A DNA stretch of 50,618 bases from Seison nebaliae (GCA_023231475.1 JALJEE010000642.1:1-50618), one strand, 5' to 3'. Positions 37,743-50,618 are shown, numbered from the stretch's first letter. Notes: generated by a model from the sequence alone, not told the origin. A program made the numbers and translations.

Positions 37743-40700
37743 ATGTGTGGATGTATTTCGATTTTAATAATTTTGAAAATTCTTCTTGTGCAATTGGTGA
37801 GGAGTGATTGTGTATGGTATGGGGAATGTATAGATGATAAGGATCATCGTTACAATTGTGCATATAATGGGAAGGCGAAAGATATTTCGAATGTCACAAA
37901 TGCGAATAAATTGATAGAGAAATATTGTCCGTGGATGGACACGAAAAGTCTCTGTTGTGACGTTGCTCAATTGGAGACATTGCAGAAGAATTTTGCATTG
38001 CCTGATCAATTATTGGAACAATGTCCAGCATGTTATCACAATTTCAGAAGATTAATGTGCGAAATGACTTGTTCATCAACACAATCTAATTTTATTGTGG
38101 TGAACGAGTATGAGAAAGAGACATATCGACTGAAATGGGAAAAGAGAAAGAATTCAAATGAGAATTTTTTTAATGCTGAAGAATATTATGACGATGATGC
38201 GGATGATGAGAAGGATGTGAAGGTGAAGACAAGATTGGCCGTTTCAAATATTTCGATGATCGTTTCCCATAAATTCAGTGTTGGATTATTTAAGTCGTGT
38301 AATAATGTGAAATTTGCGGGTGATCCCGTTTTGAATATCTTGTGTGGATCTGCTGAATGTACACCACAAAAATGGCTCGATTTTCTCGGGCATGAAAATC
38401 CTTTGGCTCCATTTCCAATTTATTATTTGACGACTAATCAATCGAGTTTTGTTTATAACACTTCTGTCACTCTCGATGTAATGAACGCTCCGATATGGAA
38501 TTGTGCTGATCATATCGATACATCATATGCGACAGCTGAACCATGTAGTTGTAATGATTGTTTAGAATCATGTTCTGTATATCCCGATCCGTCGAAGAAA
38601 TCTTTCCGTATATTAATGATGAATGGATATGCATTTATCGTCGCCATCATTTTTTCATTAAGTACAACATTCTTCATTTGTATCGCAGTTTATAAAGAGA
38701 CATATCGAACAAAAAATGATTATTGGAAAGCATTTAATTATAAACGGAAGAAATCGTCAATGCATGGGGAAGAGGAACGGAATAAATATGGTACGAATAC
38801 GAATGACGATAATTCACCAATCCATCATTCGCAAGAAGAAGAAATTCGAAATCCATCATTATCTTATGATGGAATAATGAGAGAGAATGATCAAGAAACA
38901 TTATTGAATATAAATATTAGTGCATTTGAAGAATCAGCATATGGTTGGGAGATGAAATTGGCGAAAGGATTCTATCGATTAGGATATTTCGTTGCTAAAT
39001 ATCCCAGTATGGTTCTTATTGCTTCACTCTTAATATTCAGTGGAATTTCTGTTGGAATTCGACGATCGAAATTAATTACGGATCCTGTTGATCTTTGGTC
39101 TGACGCCTCATCGACAACGCGTCAACAAAAACAATATTTCGATGATCATTTCTCTCCTTTCTATCGAATCGAACAATTTATGGCCGTTCCCAAAAACAAA
39201 TCCCAATATACCAATCATAAAGGAGTGAAATTAGGACCGGTTTTCAATCCGTCATTCTTTAAGAAAATGTTGAGATTACAAAACGAATTAACATCGATCG
39301 TTGTGAATGTGAATGGAAAGAATGTGGGTATTAAAGATATCTGTGTTGCCCCATTAAAACCGGATAATGATGAATGTGCCATTCAAAGTATTTATCAATA
39401 TTGGCAGAATAATTATACGAAAATCGAAATGAAATCTGATCAATTCGATTTCACTGATCATTTACAGGAATGTCTCCAAAATCCGTCGTTGACACCAGGT
39501 AAAGTATTCAATATGTCATGTCTGTCGGCGTATGGTGGACCAACATACGGATTCACCGTTTTAGGAGCATATCCGAATAAATCTTATGAATTAGCTGAAG
39601 CAATAAACGTCATCATTCCAGTGAATAATTTTAAACAAATTAAAAAATTTGCTGTGAGTTGGGAAGGTGAATTTTTGAAAATTCTCAAAAATTTCTCTGA
39701 TGATCAAATCGATATTTATTATACTGCACAACGTTCGATTGAAGATGAAATTGCAAGAGAATCGAAGAGTGACATGATAACCATTTTAATTTCATATATT
39801 GTCATGTTCGTTTATGTCACATTCTCATTGGGACATATTCGTCGATTTACTACTCTACTCATCGATATAAAATTGACAGCCAGTTTTGGAGGTATCATTC
39901 TCGTTTTCCTTTCGGTGATGGCATCGATCGGATTCTGGTCTTTTGTTGATGTTCCCGGAACATTGATAATTTATGAAGTTATTCCATTTTTCGCTTTGGC
40001 AGTTGGTGTGGATAATATTTTCATTTTGGTCCAAACATTCTTAAGAAATTCGACAGTATTGAAAGAATATTGGAATGCAAAATTGAGAAAAGATAAAGAT
40101 CCGAATGATGTAATAATTGAACATTTCTCTAAAGCGATGGCGAATATCGGTCCATCGATGCTTCTCACATCGTCGAGTGAATGTGGAGCATTTTCATTAG
40201 GCGCCTTATCTAAAATGCCTGCTGTTCGCACTTTCTCTTTATATGCAACTGCTGCTGTTCTCTTCGATTTCTTATTACAAATTACAGCGTTTTCAGCACT
40301 TCTCGTATTAGATGTTCGACGACAAGCAAATATGAAATTTGATCTCTGTTATTGTTTTCAATCCTCTTATGCTACTCAATTCGATAAAAAGAAAAATATT
40401 GGAGGAAATAATAACAACCATAATAATGAGGAAAATATTGGAGGAAATAATAACAACAATAATAATGAAGAAAATATTGGAGAAAATAATAAGAACAATA
40501 ATAACGATGAGAATATCAATGAAATTAGTAGTGACGTTGAAAAAGTGAATGATGAGGCAATTGTCGATGAATTATCATCAATTATAGAGAATGGACGTGA
40601 CCAGAAAGATTTCACTGATAATATTTCCAAAGATAAAATCGACGATGTATATCCAATACATGATCGAGAGAGTTATTTATACAAATTCTTCTCTTTATAT

Positions 40701-42096
40701 TATGCGCCGAATCTTCTTTTCCGAAAGAGTGTTCGTATTACCATTCTGGTCATTTTCTTTTTATGGTTTGCCGTGGGAATCGCTCGAATACCTAAGGTAG
40801 AAATTGGTTTAGATCAACAATTGTCAATGCCATATGACAGTTATCAAATCGATTATTTCAATGCATTAAACAAATATTTGAATGTTGGTCCACCAGTTTA
40901 TTTCGTCATTAAAAATGGATTTAATTATTCGGAGAATGGACAGAAATTAATTTGTGGTACGAGTGGTTGTGATCGGAGTTCACTCTTAAATCAAATCTCT
41001 TTAGCATCGACAGCTGATAATATCACTTATATTGCAAATTCACCATCATCATGGATCGACGATTATTATGCATGGTCAACATCGGAAGCTTGTTGTCGTG
41101 TTTATAAAAATAGTGGATTTCCTGGAAAATTCTGTCCATCATCTGTCATCGATAAGAATTGTATTCCATGTAATATTAGTCTGATTAATAATCGTCCCAC
41201 CGATCAATCATTTCAATCATTTCTTCCATTTTATTTGAAAGATAATCCAAATTCGAAATGTGCTAAAGGTGGACATGCAGCTTATGCACAATTAGTTAAT
41301 TTGAAAATTAATGGTCTCATTAACGCATCGGCTTTCATGGGATATCATTCGGTGTTGAGGAATTCATCCGATTTCATTAAAGCGTTGTCAATGGCGAATC
41401 GAATTAGTGAGAATATTACACAATTGTTAAAAATGGAAGAAAATAATGAGAAGATCGAAGTATTTCCTTATAGTGTCTTCTATGTCTATTATGAACAATA
41501 TCTGACAATTTGGAGAGATAGTGCGAAATTATTAGGATCGACTATTCTCGTCATTTTCGTCGTGACATTCGTTCTTTTAGCACTTGATTATGTCACTGCA
41601 TTCCTAGTCATTCTAACAATTATAATGATCATCACTTCAATTCTCACGACTATGCATATGTGGAATATTCCATTAAACGGTGTCTCATTACTCAATTTGG
41701 TCATGTCGGTAGGAATTTCCGTTGAATTTTGTTCACATATCGCTCGAAGTTTCGCTATGTCCATCGCTCCATTTGAAAATGATCGAGGCGACAAAGTATT
41801 CAGAGCATATGAAGCATTATCAACAATGGGTAGTTCAGTATTTAGCGGAATTACTCTTACCAAATTAGGTGGAATTGTCGTTCTCGGTTTCTCTACTAGT
41901 CAATTATTCCAAATCTTTTATTTTCGAATGTATTTGGCGATGGTTATATTTGGCGGTGCTCATGGTCTAATTTTTCTACCAGTTCTCTTATCCTATTTCG
42001 GTTATTATTTCTATTATTCTTTTTATCCGTTAAACATTATTTTCAGGACCAAAATTAAATGCGGCAAGATTAAAACCAAAAAATTTTCATAACTAA
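37743..42096 (+). CDS. NPC1: Niemann-Pick C1 cholesterol transporter
   Basis: Signal plus CVWYGEC N-terminal domain, TDPVDLWS, sterol-sensing domain (EVIPFFALAVGVDNIFILV), GISVEFCSHI and GSSVFSGITLTK. One intron at 42001-42046 gives the end SYFGPKLNAARLKPKNFHN. Confidence 0.97.
40392..40517 (+). repeat. Coding minisatellite, 39-bp unit x about 3 (ENIGGNNNNNNNE)
   Basis: GAAAATATTGGAGGAAATAATAACAAC... is repeated in frame in the loop after the sterol-sensing domain. Confidence 0.9.
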
Positions 42097-42280
42097 TCCA
42101 ATTTTAGATTATGTTTCCTTCCTTTCTTATTTATCGAATTTTTTATTTATTTTAAAAAATAAAAAAAAACATCCTAATCATCATAATGAAAAAATCCTAA
42201 TGGTGAAGAATAATGTGAAAGTAGAAAAAAATATTCTTCAAACAATGGTATTTATAACGACTTATCAATACGATAAACAT

Positions 42281-42370
42281 GCCTCGGTAGCGCAGTTGGT
42301 TAGCGCGTCAGTCTCATAATCAAAAGTATAAGCTATCTGAAGGTCGTGAGTTCGATCCTCACCCGGGGCA
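42281..42370 (+). tRNA. Elongator tRNA-Met(CAT) with a 16-nt intron
   Basis: Acceptor stem GCCTCGG/CCGGGGC, A box TAGCGCAGTTGG, anticodon CAT at 42315-42317, intron 42319-42334 at the canonical 37/38 site, B box GTTCGATCC, and a T-run terminator at about 42377. Confidence 0.93.
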
Positions 42371-42391
42371 ATAATTATTTTTAAAATTGCT

Positions 42392-42886
42392 TCAAACATT
42401 CTTTTTACTTTGCCGTTTTGGACTGCCACCTAATATCATGTTCCCTGATACATAGTTTCTGTGCGTCTGCAATAATTTGGCATTTGCTTTGTACTCGACA
42501 AATACGAGTATGAGACAATAAACTATATAAAGCGGTATTCCTGCTGATAGTAAAGCGCAAGTCATGCATATCCTAACACTCGTCGCTGTGGTTGAAATCG
42601 TGTCATTTGTATCTGATGTATTATTCGGTTGATCTATTTCGAAAAATAACTAATATATGGAAACATGTCTAATATATGTTCTAACATATCATGGAAATAT
42701 TTCTACTTTCTTCTCCAATTCCACTAACATTTCTATAATCTAAAAAATTTTTTGTTTTTATTTCTTTTAATTTTTATTAATTTTATAACGTTCTATGCTT
42801 TCGGCGTTGACGCCGTCGTAAAAAACTAATATAAAACTAAATAATATTTTGATCTTCCAATTATTTGCTAAGTTTATTATAAACAT
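42392..42886 (-). CDS. Orphan 130-aa type I membrane glycoprotein, 3 exons (absent from the ORF track)
   Basis: Exons 42790-42886, 42686-42739 and 42392-42633 give MFIINLANNWKIKILFSFILVFYDGVNA-ESIEHYRNVSGIGEESRNISMIYQPNNTSDTNDTISTTATSVRICMTCALLSAGIPLYIVYCLILVFVEYKANAKLLQTHRNYVSGNMILGGSPKRQSKKNV. Confidence 0.75.
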
Positions 42887-43062
42887 ACTTAATTAGGTTT
42901 GAATGAAAAAAAGAAACTTAATATAAAAATATGTAAAATATAATTTTGATTACTATGACAACCAAATTCTCAATTTAATTTATAAATATATTATCAAAAT
43001 TATATTTATTCCTATTAAGTTATTTTCTTTAAAAGTTAGCTTTTTTTAAAAGTTTGTGACTT

Positions 43063-43924
43063 ATATTTGAGTGAATACAGCTCCGAATATGAAAAACAGG
43101 GTGAATTCCTCCATAATGTGAATACCGCTCGGGGATTGGTTGAGCTGTATTCACTCAAATATCGAAGCGGAATTCAATCGACCATTCACCTTATAAAATA
43201 TTTTTCGGAGCGCAATTCACCCAAAAAGAATTTTTCGGAGAGGAATTCACTCTAATTTGCATTTTTCAAGGGAAATTCACCTTCTTTCAGTTTTTCGGAG
43301 AGGAATTCACCTTTTAGTTTCACATTTTTTTCGAAGCTATTTCAATTTCAGCATGATTTTCAAACTCACAACAATGCTCAAATGAGCGCTTAACATTGTA
43401 AACCAATTAGTAAATATTTTAATAGAAATATATACCTTTAATATACCAAAACGTCTTTAAACGTAAGGTAACAGAATATTTACTAAAGAATCCTTTAATC
43501 AATTAGTCAAATGATGAGATCAAACAATTAAAATAATTAATTGAACAATGATCAATTATCTATAAATTAAATCAAAATATTAAACCTATCATGATAAATG
43601 TGGAATTTAATCAATCAATTTTGAAGGATAAACAAAGCGGCAAATCTTACAAGCAAATTGAAAATCTTCTATAAATACGTGTCAATGATTAGCATAAAGT
43701 ATCTATTTTATTGCTATCAGTGTATCATGAATTTTTTACCCTCTTATATTGAAGTAGAAGAAGTAGAAGAACTATTTATAGACTGCGATAATTCCTCTCC
43801 GATATCGATTTAAATGATGAATTCCTCTCTGAAATGGATTTATCACTATTTTGAGAGTGAATCTTTCTCCCGAAACAAATAGGAGGGTGAATCAAAACAC
43901 AGGGTGAAAACCGATCCGCGACCC
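43063..43924. mobile_element. MITE with inverted arrays of subterminal repeats, plus an abutting end fragment
   Basis: TTTCGGAGAGGAATTCAC units on the left (43200-43310), their complement on the right (43788-43880), and an interior shared with 1-230. Confidence 0.8.
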
Positions 43925-44088
43925 GATGAATTAAAACACAAGATGACGAAAAAGATTCCATTACAAATTCCATTCTTGGGTGTTTGGAAAATGGCTGTAT
44001 GAGTAATTTTAAGTGATTTCGATAGTGTACTTTATACCTGTTTTGTTATATAAAAACTACTGATGATAATAATAATAATACAAATCAG

Positions 44089-44346
44089 GATGCCAGACAT
44101 TTGCCACGAAACGCACTTCCCACGCAAGCATTTCCCACCGCAAGCAATGAATACTATAACCTTTGAACGTCCCGTCAAAAAACCACACCTTACCTATTTC
44201 TTTACCCTCCTCTATGTTCAAGTTTGATGATGATGCCTGCTACTACATGTGTTTAGTTCAACATAACCTTTCAAATATGAACATGAAAAAAAAGGTGGGA
44301 AGTGTCATTCGTGGGAAATGTTTGCGTGGCAAATGTCTGCTCCCCT
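44089..44346. mobile_element. Small MITE with imperfect TIRs of about 50 bp
   Basis: CAGACATTTGCCACG...TTCCCACC on the left and GGTGGGAA...CGTGGCAAATGTCTG on the right. ATCAG occurs on both flanks (44084-44088, 44347-44351). Confidence 0.8.
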
Positions 44347-47300
44347 ATCAGTTTAGTCAATACTGAATCAAGTCTTGAGCATTTCTTTAGAGCATTCGAT
44401 ATCTTTTGAACATATCAGTATTATTGATATTCGAAATGGTATTTAAAAGTGATTGCCCGTTATTAAAATATTCATTATCTTAAAAGTTTGCCCATCAAGA
44501 TTTATTATAAATTTATTGAATGTGTAATACCCATATTTTTTTAGTGAGAATTAAGTGAATACAATAGGTTATGGGGACATACCAAGAAAACTTCCTTTGT
44601 TATTTTTCTTATTTGAATCTGTCTTAAAATATATTATAAGTGACTCAAGATTTGAGTGGTTAGATCGAGTTCATCAATCGTTTTATATTCAGTTCTTTAG
44701 TAAATTTCAATTTATTTTGACTTGGAGAGAAGGTGGTGATGAATAAAAAGCAATATAATGATAAAAATGTTGTTATTATCGATTAACAACCATAAGATTT
44801 TAGTTGAAAACTTATCGATTGACTGTCAACAGTTGATGATGACGATAAATTTGGAAATATGATTTTGACAAGAAAAATTTGTTCAGAAAGACTTAAATAT
44901 TTTATAGTTAAATTTTTATAAAGTCAATAATTGATAATTTATAGATAATAACCAGATTCAAAACATCTGACAATTTTCATGACAATTGAAATTTCATGAA
45001 GAACTTTTATCTTCGTGAGCTCATACAACTATTGGAAGCTGAATAAAGATAATTTTTGATTATCGACAAATTACTCTACTTCAACTGCTCCTCCTTTCTC
45101 AATTTGTCCTTCGTTACTAATGAAATTAAATTTTAGATAATTGATGGGAAAATAAGTAAAGTTGAAGAAGATAAAGAGATAGTTTCGACAATATATTTTT
45201 ATGAGTTAATGAATAATCCATAAGTGAATTCGAAAGTGAACTAATGGATTTTCGACGTTCAAATTCTGGAAGTTGTCATAAAATTTCTTATGTTTTTTCC
45301 TTTTAAATTGATATTCTTTTTTCACTTAACTGATCAAAACTAATCTCATTTATCCTATTCTTTATCTTTTCACGAATTCAAAAGAAAATGTTAAGAAGTT
45401 AATGGAAAGTATTGAAAGTTTATATAGGAGAGCTTACGACAAACACAATTCATGACAGTGGATAAATTTGTAGTGAACGAAAGAAACAAAAGCTCCAATC
45501 ATATTTTACTTTCGGCAGTTTGACGAATCTCTTTGTATCGCGGATTTCTCCTTTATTTCATTCCACAAATGTTTACTCTAATCATAATTGTTAATTAATG
45601 AACATAAATAGTTTCATTTGATTCACTTCGTTCTTCCAATATCTGACAGTAAAGAACTCTGAGAATTAGAGAAAGTTTCTCGAAAAGAACTAGAATATTT
45701 TCTAATATTTTTTGTATAAACTTTATAACTCGAAGATATAAAGTAAAAATTTTAAAAGGAACCAGTACAATAAGTGACAATAAGTACTGTTTATGTACCA
45801 GTTTGATAAGCGTTGATATAAAAACTTATAAATATATTAGTCATAGGAGACAGGTTGGCTGGTTGTCCAATTGCCGAAAAGCTATTATTAACATATTCGT
45901 CTAATTCTTTTAAGTTGGTATTGTTTGTTTATAAATTGAGCGGATATTTCATTTTCATTAGATACTCCCCTCCGCCATATTATGGGAGCCGACGAACTTA
46001 TGATTTTAGTTAAAGTATGTCAACTTTAATCAATATATTTGTTTTCTTAAAATCCCCTTTCCATTTTCTTGCCTTCGACGAGTAGTAGGTGAATGAGTAG
46101 TCACTGAATGGATCAATATGACTCATTAAATAAGAATAATATTTAGAGTTCATTCTAATTGTTAATATAAACAATATCTTCATAAAAGATGTGTCGTTCT
46201 TCTCGACTTGTTGTTCAATTAACTTCTTACTAGATCGATAATAGAAACATGTTTGAAATTTCCCGATTAGACGTAGGAAATGATATCGCGAGGATAATAT
46301 ACGAGAAATTATCGGGAGATAGTACGAAAGAATGAATAAAATAAATTCAGATAACTATGGGCGAGTAAGTTTCAGAATGAAAATTGATATAGATTAGACT
46401 GAATAGAATTACCAAAGGAAGTAAGTTGATCTTGGTAGCACATCTGTTGGAATGATTCACTTTTCTATTAGAATTGTTCAATCGGAAAAGACGAATATTT
46501 TGTGTTGAAGTGGAATAAGATGTAGTAGTTAGGGAAATAATAGGAAATAATTCTATGTTCATTCGGCACATCATGATTCTAACGAATTACTAATCTTAAT
46601 TGGCATTGTTTTTCTAATTCGTTGAGTTTGAAGATATATTAGGGGGAGAATGATCGGCTTCTTTACAATAAATAGCTAAACGAATTTGTATCATTGCTCC
46701 AATTCGTCAGAAGAGCGACATAAGCATATCTTTGACTTCAATTATACTTTCACCATTCATTGAGCATAAAAGTAGTTTCAATTTCTTTCTTTCGCTTATT
46801 CGTTAGTTGTCTACTTTTAAATCTTATTCTTCTTTTTCCATTCCACTCTCTCCTATGGCACCGGAGAGCAAGAGAGAAGTGATGAAGAAACAAAAAGGAA
46901 TGTAGAAACAAAAGGAGAATTTGTCGAATAAAATCAATTTTCCTTTTCAAATAGTCATTTATTCTTCAGATATAATTCTTAAGACAATTCTCCGTCAGTC
47001 GCGCTTTGTTTGTCGATGTTAAATTATCTATTCTGTTATTGATTGTGCTCATATCGACTGTTCCCTTTTCGGCTAATGGAAAGGAAACTTCTTGAATAAA
47101 TGCATCGAATTGTTTATAGCAGGGAAATTGGAATGATACCATTTTCTCCTATCTCATATGTGTCTCTTCTGGCCTTTTTATTATCATCATTGGATATGCG
47201 ATACCAATGAAATGAATGAGATAATAAGCGATTATCATTTCGTTCATTCTATTAATAGGAATAGCAACACGCAAATCTAATCGATTATGCTGCTCGGTAT

Positions 47301-48460
47301 GTCGCTGAATATTCGAAGTATGATTTATTCTTTTATAACGATTACTCTATTTTCTCTCATTCCATTTCTTATTATTTCTATTCCGTTCCATTCCTTTCAT
47401 TCCACTTCATCTCATTCGTGCAACATTTCAAATTTTCTTCTTCCAATAATCATTGTTTTTATCATTTCTAATTTCTTCAACAATTCAACTAACAACATAT
47501 TGACCAATTAACTACTTACGTCTCTTATCATACCACTTGATGCTCGACATCTCATCAATTTCCTTTCTGTTTCCAATTAAATTTCATCAATTTCACTCAC
47601 TATTCATTTTATGATCACTTCTAAAATTATCTCCAAAGACCTCTTCCTCATTTTGTGACATAACATTATAGTTGATTGGTTATCGTTACGTTTTGTTGTT
47701 TTTATATGTTCTGTGATCTTATCGTTCACATCATTGTTTTCGAAGCGTAAAACGGCTTAACACAAAAAGAAAATACGTAAATATTGTTAAGAAGTGGAGA
47801 TTTCATCAGATCCATTAATTTTATGATTAAAATATAAAATTTCAAAAATATCGACATCAAACACAAACAATTTCGTGTTTCGCTCTTTCTCCTCCACACA
47901 TTCAGTAATTGCACATTATAATTATTCAATTTCTATGTATTGAAGCGATGATGAGTCGTCCCCTCTCACCAAATCTAACTCGTTAGAATGAAAAGTGATT
48001 TTGTTTCACTCTATCCTCATCATTCAACTCATCGGTATCAAATCGAATTAATATCGATAAAAGACAAATGATACTGATGGAATAAGAAGGTGTTGTCATC
48101 GGCTGCTATTGATTCAGGTAATATCGTTCAATTGAAAAGTGTCATTCAATTATATGATTAACTCGATGCCCCAAGATGTGGGAATCAATGACGATAAATG
48201 CATATTCGATTATCATTAATCATCACTAAATGCATTACCTTTCATTCTCTTATCTATTTCATTCTCATTCTCGTCTTTTCTTCCTCTCATTTTCTCTCTC
48301 GTCATATTGGTTCAAATCATTTTCAAAATCATTTTCTTTTCTCCTATTAGATCATTTGTCCTTATAATAAATAGCCACGACACTATCATCATCATCGAAA
48401 CTGTTCCATTAAATTTTATTCATTGATCCATTCGTCTGATTAAGGGATAAAAGGAGAGAT

Positions 48461-49981
48461 ATGTTGCAAACAATGCTCCAAACTATGGATAAATGCGAAG
48501 ATGGAACAAGGGAAGTACATTCGAATACTGAATCGAAAATTTCTTCGGAAGCTTCTTTTGATCAGGATTCTGATCAGCATTATCATCAACATCTCAACTC
48601 AGAGAATGAATTAACAATAGAAAATCGAGATAAGAAGGCCGAAGAAAACTTTAATAATCCTCTTCTATCAAGATTCATCAATGATACTCTAAGGAAAGTT
48701 CAGACAACTAACTCGACTCTATTAACCAACCAAATTGAGCAATCAGACAAGAAGAAAAAATCAATGTTTTCCATCACTGAACTAGTCGAACCCGCAACAA
48801 ATTCTACCTACAGTTAACTTGAAATTATAACTAATTTTCTTTATAACTTATTACTCTAAGATTTGAATGAATCAAGAAAACGACGTTTTTCCAATGAGAA
48901 AGAAGATGAAATGAATAACGACGAAGTGAAAAGATCTAAACCGAAACTTTCGTCAAGTCAATTATCGATTGTCAATAACGAAAATAATTCGACCATCTCC
49001 TCACTCATTAATCTATCACCTGAAGCTATACTAGCAATGTTGACAGCGACGAAAAATTTTCAACAATTTCAAAAGAATGTGGAAATTCAGAATGAAGTGA
49101 AGAATTCTGATTTGTCAACATTTTCCGCATTCAAATCACCAAAACCGAATGAAAATGTAAATTCCGTTGAAAAAAATAAATATGAAGGAATGACAAAGAC
49201 CACTCACCACAATCCTTCTACTTCCACCAATACGAGTGGAGTTTTTAATGGAAACAATTTCGATTATTACAATCGCAAGAAAAAAACAAGAACCGTTTTT
49301 TCCCGATCTCAAGTATATCAATTGGAAAGTACATTCGACATGAAAAGATACTTGTCATCTGCTGAACGATCAAGTTTGGCATCAACTTTACGTTTAACAG
49401 AAACTCAAGTGAAAATATGGTTCCAAAATCGTAGAAATAAGTGGAAACGACAAATTGCAACCGAAATCGAAGCGACAAGTGGTAGCACGGTTGGAAATAA
49501 TACGAATGACAGTGATAATGCAGATAGTATCACTACAATGAATTTGCACAACAATAATACGAATAGAAATCAAATCAATTTTGAACAATCGATTTTGAAT
49601 GATCATTTTAATGAAACATTTCCTTCAAAATTTCAAGATATCAATAAGGAACGTTCACTCTTTCCATTATTACATGATAATCATTCTACTAATGGAAATG
49701 AAACAGAGAGATCATCCGTCATCTCGAAGCAACAATTAGCCAACATAGCAAGTAGTCATTTACTCGCCAATCTTCCCCAAACTAATCATCAGTTGACACC
49801 ACCGACATTTCGCACTAAAGATTTTCAAGTTCCTAATATTGAGGATAAACTACATATGGATAATCTGGCAAGTCAGAATGGGAAACTACCGTCAGAGTTC
49901 GAAGGTTTTGCAAATTTACCATCAAATATAAAACAGTTATTAATACGCAATTTATTGGAATCAGGAAACGCTAAAAAATAA
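48461..49981 (+). CDS. HMX: HMX / NK5 homeobox transcription factor, 2 exons
   Basis: eh1 motif FSITELV in exon 1. Intron 48813-48860. Homeodomain [32 protein letters not shown]...[19 protein letters not shown] is diagnostic of HMX. Confidence 0.95.
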
Positions 49982-50618
49982 TTTCAAACATATAGAAAGT
50001 TTACAAATGACTAAATGCGTTTTGGAATAATTATTTCAAATTAATCATAAATTTTCTTTCCAATTAATTTATTTGTCCGTAATCTTTATCAGAGTCAAAA
50101 TTTGGATTTTTTTGATGTTTTAATTTTGTTTTGCATTTTTATTAAATTTCCAAATTTTAAACTTCGTTCAACGGTTTCTAGAATGTCGTTAGAGTAATAG
50201 CTGACAATCTCAGCCTGACATAATTGTTTATTTTCGAATCGTATGTACTTATTTGGTTGGATAAAATATCCGAATCAATTATCATTATGGACGTATTCCC
50301 CCCTTTTTTCTAAAAGAAGAAATATCCGACTCCTTCCCCCTCTTTTTTACATATTAAGTATAAGTATATAAAAAGGAGGTACATCGTTGTGTGGGGGAGA
50401 AAGGACCTAGATTCTTTTTTAATATAAAAGATCACGTTCATAATTATTGAAAGTTCACCTTGGTCTGCCAATGTTCTATTATACAGTAGGAATTTAAAGT
50501 AATCGGACACTTTTACGTTTTTATAAAACCGGTCATAACTTCTGTCCTATGAAGTATCTTTCGTAAAGGTGGATATCGCAAAATAGCCCTATTCAAGCTC
50601 TTAAACATAGTGCAAAAA

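Noticed and set aside
42001..42092. NPC1 C-terminus as given by the ORF track (YYFYYSFYPL...)
   Set aside because: Read-through of a 46-nt GT..AG intron; splicing restores the conserved SYFGP.

Overview
AT-rich, gene-compact eukaryotic (metazoan, invertebrate-like) DNA; the organism cannot be identified from this window. Recognisable genes are TGIF (a very long intronless TALE homeobox ORF), STIP1/HOP with heat-shock elements, IFT20 with an RFX X-box, a divergent YEATS2, NPC1 and HMX/NK5. Other coding regions are a stand-alone RNA 5'-triphosphatase, a non-inhibitory serpin, a secreted RWamide-antistasin-FOLN protein, a secreted VWC-repeat protein and two orphan single-pass membrane proteins, one of which the ORF track misses. 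Non-coding and mobile content: an intron-containing tRNA-Met, several MITEs (one Tc4/Tc5-like) and a nested transposon graveyard at about 28.7-32.9 kb. The strongest window-wide signal is in splicing: the short introns I reconstructed by hand (about 45-75 nt) almost all start GTT (25 of 27; the other two GTC) instead of the canonical GTRAG. All gene models were spliced by eye and need RNA-seq confirmation.
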